From: Marsupella aquatica
Lineage: Eukaryota; Plantae; Marchantiophyta
Direction of reading: 5' to 3'
NCBI GenBank assembly: GCA_973895155.1
Contig: OZ316899.1
Coordinates: 11,149,575-11,213,574 of the forward strand
Length of the DNA stretch: 64,000 nucleotides
Shown here: piece by piece, positions 1 to 13,542 of the stretch
Position numbering within the stretch: position 1 is the first letter of the stretch
Layout: each line of letters starts with the position of its first letter
Notes under the pieces: generated by a model
What the model was told of the DNA's origin: nothing
What the model saw: only the letters and a program-made list of their open reading frames with translations
Databases searched by the model: none
Made by a program: the position numbers and the translations under genes

Positions 1-7
1 ACCAGGC

Positions 8-2114
8 ATGCAGAATCTGCTGAAATTGCTGGAGAAGGAAAGGAGGACGGCAACGGCAACGGGGCCAGTACATAATACTGCTTCCGAAGTTGGCCTTAGC
101 CAACTTACCAGGGAAAACCCCTTTACAGGGGCCAAGGAGAGGAGGCCGGAGCACGAGTCGGGAGTCCAAATGTATGTAGGAGCTTCAAGTCCCGAAGCCG
201 AGGAGAAGCAGCCCGAGGCCCCTGGTCACGACAGGGAGAAGATGAGATCAACGTGGAAGCCGAAGGAACCAGGACCCGTGATCTGTGGGGTTGTGTTCAC
301 GGCAGGATCAGGACAACAGCAGGGGGAGCCGGTAGTCCAAGCCGAGGAGGAGGCGGTAGAGGGCTACGACAATGATGACTCCGGCTACGGGTCGGACCAT
401 CATGTTCCAGGAATAAGGACCTGTGGCAGGTTCATCCCCACTCTTCCAAGAGTAGTTTGAGGGGACCCGACCCAGCAGAGTAGCCCCGAGTCTCCCCCAC
501 CAGATGTTGCTCCCCCGAGTTTTGACAGCATCAAACAGACGGCACAGGAGTTTCAGGAATGACGCAGGGAGGAAGAGGAGGCAGCCCTGGCAAGGGAGAA
601 GGATTTACCAGGAGGAGAATGGCCAGAGGACATCCGGCGGCTTGCAAAAAAACAAAGCAGCCCGCCAGCCACAATAGAAGAAATTTGCAAGGCTGCCTGG
701 GAACAAAGGCTGCGATGGATGATGCCGATGACTTCTGCTCACTCCGCCTATGCTAAAGAACGAGCCATGGAGTACGGGGAGATGTGTGGGGAACTTGCGC
801 TTGGCATCTTTGGGGAGGAGTTGGAGCAGGGACCTTTTTTGCAGAGGGAAATGTTGGAGAAGCACCGATTAGAAGAAGCGGTGGCTTTGGAAAGAAGTAA
901 GAAGGACGAGGTCATCCGTTGGCTTAGGGCAAGGGAAGCCGAGGTAGAAGACCTGATGGCGTCCAAGAAAGCCCAAGATGAGATGCGGATTAAGCGGCAT
1001 GAGCTCAACATCATGCAAGGGCAATTGGATACCGCGCAGTCTGATATCAGATTATCAAGGATAAACTGACTCGGACCCAATGTGATCTAGCCGATTCGAT
1101 CAAGGAGAAGGAGAAGTGGAAGCAAGAGCTGAGAGACGTAGAGGAGGCCCACATAACAGCCAACAATCAGGCCATGGCGGAAACTCAGAGAAGGGAAATG
1201 GCGCTGAAGGGGGAACTCAAGGATATCCGCGGAGCCCTTGAGCAGAAGGAGGTCGAGTTAGGGAAATCCTATCAGGCGATTATCGTGCTGCGGCAGGAGC
1301 TCGCATCCATGACGGCCAGCTTCAAGGCCGACCTCCGCGAGAAAGACGACCAGCTCGACCAGACTTATGCAAAGATGAATAAAATGGAGTCTGAGGTTGT
1401 TGCAGAGCTTGACAAGGAGCTGAGAGCAACCCAGGAGGAGAAGGCGACCTTAAAGAAGGAATTGGAGGAAGCCCAGAAGGAGCGGAGGAAGCGCGCAAGG
1501 ACCTGGATGAATTATAGGAGGAGTTGGAGGAAAGCACGCGAAAGATGGAGAACTTACAGCGGCGAGCCGACAACCAAACAGAGCGGCTGAAGAAACAGGC
1601 CGCAGTATTTAAGTGCTTGGCTTCCTTAGGACCAACTCCAATTGGGGCAACCAAGTTACCTGGTGTAGTACTGGCCAAAGGACAAGCCGAGACACTCGCA
1701 CCGGTGCCGGAGGTAAGTGGCAAGGGGAAGGGGCCAGCTGCCGAACCAAAGAAGAAGAAGAAGCAAAAACCTTCTGGGTCAGGGAGTAATACGGCTCCTC
1801 AAGCCGGCGTGACCAAGGAGGTAATCCCAACACCAGGCAGGGTCACGGCAGAGGATCCACCTGCCCTAGAAGGCGGGGATGATGAAGCCGAGGCCAGGAT
1901 ACTCGATGATGAAGCCGGGGTACCGGATCCATCACTAGAACATGTCGGGGAGGCCGTGGCCGATGTTGAGGCCGAAGCCGAGGGTGGACCCAGTCAGGCC
2001 GATGGAGAGTTGACTCGGTTAGGAGCAGGTAATCTGTCAAAGGACGGACCTACAATAGTGGCTGCGGAGGAAGTGTTGGGGGCATCCATTGAGGACCAGA
2101 CACCGCTGCCATGA
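8..2114 (+). pseudogene. Fragmented ORF for a low-complexity/coiled-coil protein, probably a retrotransposon accessory ORF
   Basis: Successive + strand ORFs (8-460, 719-1069, 1174-1590, 1524-2114) separated by stops/frameshifts; long E/K/Q/R heptad-like segment then an acidic P/G-rich tail. No recognisable catalytic motif; TE origin inferred from context. Confidence 0.3.
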
Positions 2115-3373
2115 CGGTGGTGGAGGGCCGCTCCTTTTAAGGAGGGCGGACGTGGAGGGAGGAGGCGTGAGTGGGCAGGGCAGGCTCAGATCTCCAAGTT
2201 TAGAATTAGGATCAGGACCAAGGGGCGGCCTGACACTTAGCTTAGTGGGATTGCGGATCCACTGGAAAGAGCAACACTTGTGCTCCTGCCTCGCTGTACA
2301 TAGGTAGATTATAGTTAGGTAGATTAGGCTTACGCTGCAAGGAATTAGGCGGATCCACTACCAGGATAAGTACCTAGGCTGCGGGGAGTTCAGGGCCTTC
2401 TTCCTTAGCAAGTTTTTAGTCCACCAACAGGGCTAGGATCAAGTAGTTAAAGAAGCTCTTGGTTAGTTATACTGTGACCCTTGTGTATATTCATGTTTCC
2501 TCATACCTAAGAAATGAATAGAGTTGGCCTCACGGCTTAGTTCGCAAATCTTGTATATGAGAAGTACTGTTTGTATGGCAAGTATAACTCAGTCAGAAGG
2601 AGTCATTTTGCTATTTGTGTGTTGCATTAACTTGTTTGAAGATTGCCCACATCAACTAAGAAGGGAGTAAGCAAGGTAGTAAGAGTTGGATGTGTCGACC
2701 TGAGAGAGGTCTTAGCGGCTTACCCAAGCCAGTTGGGGATCATTCCGGAGGCGGAATCCAAACATACCTAAAGGAAAACCGAGAGAGGAGGACAAGGGAA
2801 GGCCGAGAATAGGCCGGCTACGTATCTCATGACCCGATGAAGGATCTGTCTAGTATATGTGAGTAAAATGTTAATAGCAATAGTAGTAGAAGGAAGTTAG
2901 CAGCGTCCCATGCCGCTAAAGCCGTAAAATCGGCCTCGCCAAGAGCAAAACCTGCGGGAATCGGCATGTGAGAGGGGTTTCTTGGGTTTAGGGAGCCATG
3001 GGACGCACCACAATTGAATTTAACAAATAGAAGGGATAAACCAGAAAACACTTACATTCAGTGTGAACAAAAGAGTGACATTGTTTTCCAAGCAAGAAAG
3101 GGAGCTGCCATATGATGCACAACGTACTATCACTAGCCATGACTACAATGTCGTCTTGCTTGTTCAGTCGGTCTCCTGAGGTTTTCAATCTACAGTTGCT
3201 TGGACTAGGTTTTAGCGCTTAGGGTTTGAGCATACGTATGTTTTTAGCGCCTGCATGAGCATCTCTTTGAGGGTTTCAATGTGCAATGATTTGGATTGAG
3301 AGATCGGGATTTGGCCTGACCTTGGGAGTTATTTGTCAGATTTTGTGAGCATTCAGCAAACTCGATCGCCAAC

Positions 3374-4290
3374 ATGGGTAAGGAGAAAGTTCATATCAAC
3401 ATTGTGGTCATCGGCCATGTTGACTCCGGGAAGTCAATGACCACCGGCCATTTGATCTACAAGCTTGGAGGAATTGACAAGCGTGTGATTGAGCATTTCA
3501 AAAAGAAAGCCGCTGGGATGAACAAGCGTTCCTTCAAGTATGCCTGGGTGCTCAATAAGTTGAAGGCCTAGCGTGAGTGTGGTATCACCATTGATATTGC
3601 ATTGTGGAAGTTTGAGACTACCAAGTACTACTGCACCGTCATTGATGCCCCCAGACATCGTGATTTCATCAAGAACATGATTACTAGAACCTCATAGGCT
3701 GACTGTGTTGTTCTTATTATTGACTCGACTATCGAAGGTTTTGAGGCCGGTATCTCCAAGGAAGGGCAGACTAGAGAGCACGCTCTGCTTACTTTCACTT
3801 TGGGTGTGAGGCAAATGATCTGTTGCTATAACGAGATGGACACTACTACCCCAAAGTACTCCAAGGCCTGTTATGAGGAGATCACCAAGGAGGTGTCCAC
3901 ATACCTGAAGAAGGTTGGATACAACCCAGAAAAGATTCTGTTTGTGCCCATTTCCGGATTTGAGGGAGATAACATGATTGAGCGGTCCACGAACCTGGAC
4001 TGGTACAAGGGCCCTACCCTGTTGGAGGCTTTGGATAACTTGTCAAAGCCTAAGAGGCCATCTGACAAGCCCCTCATGTAGGTTACCCCTTCTGGATGTG
4101 TACAAGATTGGTAGTATTGGAACTATGCCAGTGGGAGGAGTGGAGGCTGGTGTGATCAAGCCCAGTATGGTGGTCATTTTTGCCCCCACTGGACTGACCA
4201 CCGAGGTTAAGTCCATGGAGGTGCACCACAAAGCACTATTGGAGGCTTTGCTAGGAGACAACGCCAGTTTCAACATGAAGAATGTGGCAA
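3374..4290 (+). pseudogene. EF1A: Elongation factor 1-alpha pseudogene, 3'-truncated
   Basis: Begins [21 protein letters not shown] and follows plant EF1-alpha to FNMKNVA. In-frame TAG at 3569 and ~3694, frameshift near 4077; ends exactly at the CACTA terminus at 4291. Confidence 0.96.
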
Positions 4291-5139
4291 CACTAGTAGA
4301 AACCGGGCTGTATTTAGACCCTATTAAACAACTATTCAACACCGTTTAGGACTAGCAAATGACAGGGCGGGACTACAGTCCTTTATAGGACTATGAGTCG
4401 TATGTTTTGTTACTAGAATCCACTAAGTCCTTTATAGAACTGCATGATCAGTCTTTTAATAGACTGGATTTTCAGTCTATCGTAGTCTTTGTATGGGTTG
4501 CTTTGGCGAGTCATTTTCAGTCTTTTATGGGCTGTGGTGGTGAGTCGTTGGGAAGGACTACAAAGGTTGTCCTTGGTAGTCTTTAAGAATACTTTGTGGG
4601 TTTATAAAACGACTAAAGGAGATACTTTGTGGGGTATGTATAAGTCTTTCATATCAACTGGAAATGAGTGATGAAGATCCCGCTATACTACCTCATTCTT
4701 GTGCACAAGTAACACATTCCATTCATGTTGTTTTGTGTATACTCACTCTATAAACTCACCATTCACCATTTTAACATTAGAACACATAGAGTTTCAGAAA
4801 GCCTTCAATTCTTCTATACCATGTACACTAATATGAGAGGACAGATTCAAATATCATAGACCAGCACGATAGGTCACAAACAATTCTTCTATACCATACA
4901 CACTAATCTGAAATGATACAAAAACAGATTCAAGTATCATAGACAATCACCATAGAGCCATAGTTTGACATCAATCACTTGTTTCATACAAACACACCGA
5001 ATTCAGAAATATACATGTCACACATAATGACAACGGCTCTTTCATCCTCTTTACTAAATTCAAAATTGGTACATGTGTTTCTTGGATCTTTCCAAGGCAA
5101 TGTCAAAATGTAACACCATTCACATGATTCTATCTACAT

Positions 5140-8100
5140 TTGCATTCAGTCACTCCGGGAGACAAACACACTCTGATGCCTAGAGCACAAGAGATCCTAT
5201 TGCATCTGCAATTACTTTCTGAGGTGGATCATCTGCTCTATTTGGAAATGGCAAATTACAATCAGATACAATGACTGTAGTCAACAACACTACTACATGG
5301 TCATCCGGGACCACTTTGCTTCGGGGGTTTCACTTCCACAAAAATGGCATATCACGTGCGACGAAGGATAAGATCATTTTATTGGTTCTAAGGGAAGACT
5401 TAATAATTTTTGTAGAAGAACAATAGAGTCTTTTAAATTCAATTTTGAGACTTAGAAGAACATTAGGGTCTTTTTAATCCAATTTTTAGAATATTCCAAG
5501 AATATTCCAACTTTATAGGGGTTAAAAAATAAAAATTTTTTCTTACATTTTAGGGGGTCCGAGGCCTAAAAACGTCGCAGGCGATGGGGAGGTCCCCATA
5601 TAGTGAGACCCCTGAGACTTTGCCATGGAATTTAGCATGATCCGGTCGCAAAATGCCTGTACCCACACATACCTGTGAGTCATCCTCCCATGATAGAAGA
5701 TTATGGACTAGCTCTGTTGTGGCTATCATCTCCACCTTACCCTGGCTGTTTTTCTTGGCTTTCCTGGGTGGCTTATACATGACATTGTTCATACCTTGGT
5801 TGCGAGTCATCACTTTGGCACGAGTGTTTTGTGCTGGTGATCAAGAATTGGGGACACGCTTCTTCAAAGAATCTACATCCATATTTGACACTTCCAATTG
5901 TGTAGCAGGATTTGGCTGTGACATCATCTCAGTATCTGCCAACATTGTAGATGCTTCAATTGAAGCATCTACAATCTTACTTGCATCCAATGTTGCTCCC
6001 AAGTTTCAACCTCGCTTCACCCTGCTCCCACTTGGTTGAGAGTCTGTCAAGTCTGCATCAACTACAATTCAGTGCATTGTCCAACATAAGTCAATCACTA
6101 ATCACATGTACTAAATGTACATGTCACCAACCACAAAGTTGTCACTATCACCTTACCATTATGAACAGCCTTCTTCCGCTTCTTTGCCATTGCCACATCC
6201 TCCATGTCTGCTTATGCTGATCAGTAAACACACCACAATATTCAGGTTGAATCTATTAACTAATGAATTGTCTCACAACATTCATATAGAGGAATTTAAA
6301 GCATAAGCTTACCTGATACCTCCTTGGCTATGGTCACTGAGGCACTAGGCCCATCTTTCTGATTATTTGTCTTTGAATCACCTAATACATCAATCATGAT
6401 GTCACTTCAGATTTTGTTCTTCCAACCTGTCTAGTTCTTACATAAAAGTTTACCTTTCACAACTTAAGCTTCACAAAACTCCATGCACTTTTCAAATGTA
6501 AACTACTGAATCATAGCAGGTTACCAGTCTCAGGGACCTTCTTGCCCTTCTGCTTACAAGAAACAGGCGCCTTCAATGCCTCCACTGTTCTTGCGTTCAA
6601 ACCATTAAGTCCATTCATGAAAACCTACTTCTAACATTTCAACATAGGGCACAATGAACAATGGGTCGGTGTCATTTCCATACCTGTGTCAGATTTGCCA
6701 ATTCCCTTTTTTGTTAACAAGGGTACACTTTGTACAAGGTTGCCCTCATTGTTTGGCTGGGAACCACCCAATTTTTCAATCACAAGCTTGAAATTAGATT
6801 CCACTGATGCAAGAAGGTTTGCTACAGATGCCTCCACAATATCCAAACAATCACCCAATTTACTTTCCACTTGAGGGAGTCCACACTCTAATGACTTCAA
6901 CCGTTCACACATCTCTATGAGATTTGTAACAGTTCCCTGTCATAACACAACTTACATATCTCAGATAATTGTCCCCAAGAATTGGTTGCTTACTTCCTAC
7001 TACATTTCTTCCTGATGCTCAAGGCCAAATAGTCTACAAACATACAGAATTACAACATAATCAATTGTTTGGAAGTCACACTTGTCACCTCACTCCTTTG
7101 TTTCATGAACTCCTCTCTCACTTCTTGTGCTAATGGTTCTTCACTTGTCAATTTCTTCTGCAGTCCACATCAACATACATATGAATGAAACCAAGTGTTG
7201 ATTGTCAATGAAAATGTAATAATGGTAGCAAGATGATAAGTTTGAGGCTTACTATCAGACATGTCACTGCCTTACCAATTGTTCTTTCACTGGAGCATAA
7301 CTTCCTCTCCCAGCCTGTGAAAGGTGTTTCACTTTGCCTTGAGCATTTGGCATCAGTTCACTCTTGCTCTGCCCAGCCTCCGACATGAACCCTTTGACTA
7401 ATCGTGTCCATTGATCCAGTTCCAATGACAGGGGTGTTGGCATTCTCCTATTAGAACCATTGTCTATCCACATCCTTTTCAACCTATGCCTCTCTTGTTT
7501 CAAAATCCTCATTGCATAATCTGATATGCAATCTTCAACTGGGCCCTTACCATCATTACCAACATAGTCCCACCGTTCAAGAATGTCCTTGCATATAGCA
7601 GCCCAATCAACTTTGTTCTGACTCCTAAACTCTGTAATGCTCAAATCTAACCAACGCAATACTTCTCCTCTTAGGTCAGAATGCCAACGGTTCTTACCAT
7701 CACATGTGGGAGTTATCCAACCATTGGTATTCACTTTTACTTTACCAAATTTGTTACTGTCTCCTGCCTTGGTACTCCCTAGCTGAAGCGCTACTAGGTG
7801 TCCCTCCACGGCCTGGTGTCCCCCCACGGCCTGGGGTCCCTCCATGACCTGCTCTCCCCCCATGGCTTGGATTGCATTGTCCAAACTCCCTGGAGTCCCT
7901 GCACATTTACGGGATCCATTTGGTAAGTATGAAGCATAAATTTTGCTGCCAAATATACACTGGACTTCATAGCATTTCTGCAATGACCAAGTTACCTCTC
8001 CCTTGGCGCATAGATGGTTCTGGACCACCTGTTGCCTTGTCTTGATGAATTAGGGCCGTTTCTCTCGCCTGTGAATGATTGCCTCCTATCTGAACATGGA

Positions 8101-8620
8101 TAGCCTTTGTTGTTTTTGTGATTGTCCCAATCAGAGTCTGCATACCAACAGGTACATGCCACACTCATGGACCTGTAAGATAAACTCTTTGCCCTAGCTA
8201 GACATCAAATAAGTCCATATTGAGCTACAATCTCTACTACCATCACAAAATCACTAGCACAAGGCACTTACTTGTCCAATCATCCTCCTCACCTTTCCAT
8301 TGCCCTCTGTACCCATCTCTACCACGCTCTGGGTGTTCATATTCATCCCATCCATCTTCTGCTCCATCGTAGTCATCATCATAATCATCAAGCGTCCCTT
8401 GCCAATAACTTTGGCTCCTTCTAGGGTATGGATTATGTGATTTCTCTCTAGCTGCCCACCTACTTGGCACTTGATGAGGGCCCTGTGCATCCTGCACAGG
8501 TGCATTTTCTGTGAGCCTCCTGCATCTGGGTCTCCGTCCATATCCAATCTTTCCTCTTCACCCCACTCTCGAAGCCCCATGTCTGTCTCCATGTCATCAC
8601 CCTCTTCCCCCATAGCTTCT
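5140..8620 (-). pseudogene. CACTA TnpA-like multi-exon gene, copy 1 (disrupted)
   Basis: Transposase_24-like exon (RILKQERHRLKR...ELDQWTRLV...SQAGRGSY, ORF 7264-8028) and a C-terminal SH3-like exon (HNLLSWEDD...FHGK) interrupted by the MITE; frameshifts relative to copy 2. Ends approximate. Confidence 0.7.
5320..5616. mobile_element. 297-bp MITE-like insertion
   Basis: Absent from the paralogous site in CACTA copy 2 (~10372). Flanked by direct repeat ACTTTGC (5313-5319, 5617-5623). Imperfect 15-bp TIRs (TTCGGGGGTTTCACT / AGTGAGACCCCTGAG, 12/15); AT-rich interior. Confidence 0.85.
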
Positions 8621-8796
8621 GCACAGCATCCACAATCAAACAGGGACAATGAGCACACTAAATTCAAAGTATCGATCAATCAATTTTTCATGCATATCAA
8701 CATGCCTAAAACATCATTCCAGGAAGCAATTCCCGTTCTGTGACTATGTGCATGTAGTCATCCTATACCTCATCAAAGTGAATTGCCAGCTGTTGC

Positions 8797-9341
8797 CTAT
8801 TGCACATCATCAACCTCATCATATTCCATCTCCCCAGGTTCATATGTCTCTCTCAATGTTAAGGGGATGTAGTCAATCCCTGCCCGAGTTGGAAGTACAG
8901 TCTCGTGACTAGGATGCTCAAATGTAGCATGGTCATCCAAACTGAACTCTACTTTACTTCCATCCATCCGCCTATTCCGTGCTTGGCTATGGCATACCAC
9001 CCTCCAGCCATGTGACCCCTCCATATCTACAAAGAAAGCCTGTGCAACTTGGCTAGGGAAAACAAAAGGCTCAGACCATTTTGGTACTCTGGACCTAAAA
9101 TTGGCCAACAAGAACCCATGAGGATCACGCTTCATGGTGGCCCTTGGTCTCTGCCACTGTGATTTCACCCACGCTCCCTTCATCAATATCACAGGGACAC
9201 TTGTGTTAGCATAATTCAATACCCAAATGTCTGTCAACTCCCCCACGTAACCCATCTTCATCCACCCCCTCTATTCTTATGAGGTTCTTTGCTCAAACAC
9301 AGATATCAAACCACAATCATATGATACACAATGGTCACCCT
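8797..9341 (-). pseudogene. CACTA TnpD transposase C-terminal fragment (DUF4216-like), copy 1
   Basis: YVGELTDIWVLNY...VILMKGAWVK...GFLLANF...EPFVFPSQVAQAFF...WRVV; truncated by copy 2. Confidence 0.85.
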
Positions 9342-10211
9342 CACTAGTAGAAACCGGGGGGTATTTAGACCCCATTAAACGACTATTCAGTACCATATAG
9401 GACTTGGAAAGGACTGGAAAGGACTCTAGTCCTTTACAGAACTATGAGTCGTATGTTTTGTTACTATAATCAACTGAGTCCTTTATAGAACTGGTTTATA
9501 AGTCATTTTATAGACTGGATTTTCAGTCTATTGTAGTCTTTGTGTGGGTAGGTTTGGTGAGTCTTTTTCAGTGTTTTATGGGCTGTGATGGTGAGTCTGG
9601 TGAGTTGTTGTAACGACTCAAAAGGTTATGGAGGGTAGTCTTTAAGTATACTTTGTGGGTTTATAAAACGACTAAAGTAGACACTTTGTGGGGTATGTAT
9701 AAGTCTTTCATGTCAACTGGAAATGAGTGATGAAGACCCCACTATACTACTTGGAATGAACTCACTCTTGTGCACAAATAACACATTCCATTCATGTTTT
9801 ATTGTGTACTTGGAATGAACTCACTCTATAAGCTCACCATTCACCATGTTAACATTAGAACCTCACACAAATTTTCAGAAATCTTCTATACCATGTACAC
9901 TAATATGAATTCACAGATTCAAACATCATAGACTACAAAGAAGGTCACAAAGCATTCGTCTATACCATACACACTAATACTGAAATGATACAAAACAGAT
10001 TCAAGTATCATAGACAATCACCATAGAGTCATAGTTTGACATCAATCACTTGTTTCATACATACAGAATTCAGAAATATGAATGTCACACACAACGGCTC
10101 CTTCATCCTCTTTACCAAATGGAAAAATTGGTACAGATATTTCTTGGATCTTTCCAAGGCAATGTCAAAATGTTACACAATTCACATGATTCTATCTACA
10201 CTTGCATTCAG

Positions 10212-13200
10212 TCACTGCAGACTAACACACTCTGATGGCCAGAGCACAAGAGATCCTACTGCATCTGCAATTATTTCCTGAGGTGGATCATCGTCTCTAT
10301 TCGGAAATGGCAAATTACAATCAGATACAATCACTGTAGTCAACAACACTACTACATGGTCATCCGAGACCACTTTGCCATGGAATTTAGCATGATCCGG
10401 TCGCAAAATGCCTGTACCCACACATACCTGCGAGTCATCCTCCCATGATAGAAGATTATGCACTGGCTCTGCTGTGGCTATCACCTCCACCTTACCCTGG
10501 CTGTTTTTCTTGGCTTTCCTGGGTGGCTTATACATGACATTATTCATACCTTGGTTGCGAGTCATCACTTTGGCACGAGTGTTTTGTGCTGGTGATCGAG
10601 AATTGGCTACACTCTTCTTCAAAGAATCTGCATCCATATTTGACACTTCCGATTGTGTAGCAGGATTTCCCTGCAACATCATCTCAGTATCTGCCAACAT
10701 TGTACTTGCTTCAATTGAAGCATCTACAATCTTACTTGCATCCAATGTTGCTCCCAAGTTTCGACGTCGCTTCACCCTGCTCCCACTTGGTTGAGAGTCT
10801 ATCAACTCTGCATCAACTACAATTCAGTGCATTGTCCAACATAAGTGAATCACTCATCACATGTGCGCCATGTACATGTCACCAACCACAAAGTTGTCAC
10901 TATCTCCTTACCATTATGAACAGCCTTCTTCCCTGTCTTTGCCATTGCCATATCCTCCATGTCTGCTTCTGCTGATCAATAAACACACCACAATATTCAG
11001 GTTCAATCTATTAACCACTGAATTGTTTCTCAACAATGGTAGGAGAGGAATTTAAAGCATCAGCTTACCTGATACCTCCTTGGCTATGGTCACTGAGGTA
11101 CTGGGCACATCTTTTTCATTGCTCTTTGAATCACCTGATACATCAATCATGATGTCACTTCAGATCCCAGTTGATCCAACCAGTTCTTACAGAAAAGATT
11201 ACCTCCAACCGGCTTAAGCTTCACAAAACTCCATGCACTTTTCAATGTAATGTACTGGATCATAGCAGGTTACCTGTCTCAGCAACCTTTTTGCCATTCT
11301 GCTTACTGATTACAGGGTCCTTCTCTACCTCCACTCTTCCTGCATTCAAACCATTCACTCAATTCATGAAAACTTACTTCTAACATTTGAACATAGGACA
11401 CAATGAACAATGGGCCGGTGTCATTTCCATACCTGTGTCAGATTTGCCAATTCCCTTTTTTGTTAACAAGGGCACACTTTGTACAATGTTGCCCTCATTG
11501 TTTGGTTGGGAACCACCCAATTTTTCAATCACAAGCTTGAAATTAGATTCCACTGATGCAAGAAGGTTCGCTACAGATGCCTCCACAATATCCAAACGAT
11601 CACCCAATTTACTTTCCACTCGAGGGAGTCCACACTCTAATGACTTCAACCATTCACACATCTCTATGAGAGTTGTAACAGTTCCCTGTCATAACACAGC
11701 TTACATATCTCAGATAATTGTCCCCAAGAATTGGTTGCTTACTTCCTACTACAATTCTTTCTGATGCTCAAGGCCAAATAGTCACAGAACATACAGAATT
11801 ACAACATAATCACCTGTTTGGAAGTCACACTTGTCACCTCACTCCCTTTGTTTCATGAACTCCTCTCTCACTTCTTGTGCTGATGGTTCTTCACCTGTCA
11901 ATTTCTTCTGCAGTCCACATCAACATACATATGAATGAAACCAAGTGTTGATTGTCAATGAAAATGTAATAATGGTAGCAAGATGATAAGTTTGAGGCTT
12001 ACTATCAGGCATGTCACTGCCTTACCAATTGTTCTTTCACTGGAGCATAACTTCCTCTCCCAGCCTGTGACAGGTGTTTCACTTTGCCTCGAGCATTTGA
12101 CATCAGTTCACTCTTGCTCTGCCCAGCCTCCGACATGAACCCTTTGACTAACCGTGTCCATTGATCCAATTCCAATGATGGGGGTGGTGGCATTCTCCTG
12201 TTAGAACCATTGTCTATCCACATCCTTTTCAACCTATGCCTCTCTTGTTTCAAAATCCTCATTGCATAATCTGATATGCAATCTTCAACTGGGCCCTTAC
12301 CATCATTACCAACATAGTCCCACCGTTCAAGAATGTCCTTGCAGATAGCAGCCCAATCAGCTTTGTTCTGACTCCTAAACTCTGTAATGCTCAAATCTAA
12401 CCAACGCAATACTTCTCCTCTTAGGTTAGAATGCCAACGGTTCTTACCATCACATGTGGGAATTATCCAACCATCGGAATTCACTTCTACTTTACCAAAT
12501 TTGTTACTGTCTCCTGCCTTGGTACTCCCTGAAGCGCTACTAGGTGTCCCTCCATGGCCTGGTGTCCCCCCACGGCCTGGGGTCCCTCCACGGCCTGATC
12601 TCCCCCCACGGCGTGGATTGCATTGTCCAAACCTCCCTGGAGTCCCTGCACATTTACAGGATCCATTAGGTAAGTATGAATCATAAATCCTGCTGCCAAA
12701 TATACACTGGACTTCAGAGCAATTATGCAATGACCAAGTTACCTCTCCCTTGGCGCATAGATGGTTCTGGACCACCTGTCCTATTGCTTTGTCTTGATGA
12801 ATTAGGCCAGTTTCTCCCGCCTGTGAATGATTGCCTCCTATCTGAATGTGGATGGCCTTTGTTGTTTTTGTGATTGTCCCAATCAGAGTCTGCATACCAA
12901 CAGGTACATGCCACACTCATGGACCTGTAAGATAAACTCTTTGCCCTAGCTACACATCAGATAAGTCCAGATTGAGCTAAATCTCTACTACCATCACAAA
13001 ATCACTAGCACAAGGCACTTACTTGTCCAATCATCCTCCTCACCTTTCCATTGCCCTCTGTACCTGTCTCTACCACGCTCTGGGTGTTCATATTCATCCC
13101 ATCCATCTTCTGCTCCATCATAGTCATCATCATAATTATCAGGCGTCCCTTGCCAATAACTCTGGCTCCTTCTAGGGTATGGATTATGTGATTTCTCTCT

Positions 13201-13365
13201 AGCTGCCCACCTACCTGGGACTTGATGAGGCCCCTGTGCATCCTGCACAGGTGCATTTTTCTGTGAGCCCCCTGCATTTGGGTCTCCATCCATATCCAAT
13301 CTTTCCTCTTCACCCCACTCTCCAAGCCCCATGTCTGTCTCCATGTCATCACCCTCTTCCCCCAT
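10212..13365 (-). pseudogene. CACTA TnpA-like multi-exon gene, copy 2
   Basis: Exon-like ORFs 12994-13365, 12014-12916 (RG-rich, then Transposase_24-like), 11380-11661 (coiled coil) and 10212-10805 (FHGKVV...LPFPN...AVGSLVLWP); GT..AG introns on the minus strand. Coding integrity not verified. Confidence 0.72.
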
Positions 13366-13542
13366 AGCTTCTGCATAGCACCCACAACCAAACAGGGAGA
13401 ATCAGCACACTAAATTCAAAGTATCAATCAATTTCATGCATATCCAACTATCCTAAACATCATTCCAGGCAGCAATTCCCGTTCTGTGACTCTGTGCAGG
13501 TAGTCATCCTCAACCTCATACTTGCCAATCGCCAGTTGTTGC

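Larger units (their letters stand above)
4291..9341 (-). mobile_element. CACTA (En/Spm) DNA transposon, copy 1 (3' part; cut by copy 2)
   Basis: Terminus CACTAGTAGAAACCGGG at 4291 followed by GACT/AGTC-rich subterminal sequence; minus-strand TnpA- and TnpD-like remnants; colinear with 9342-14090. Confidence 0.9.
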
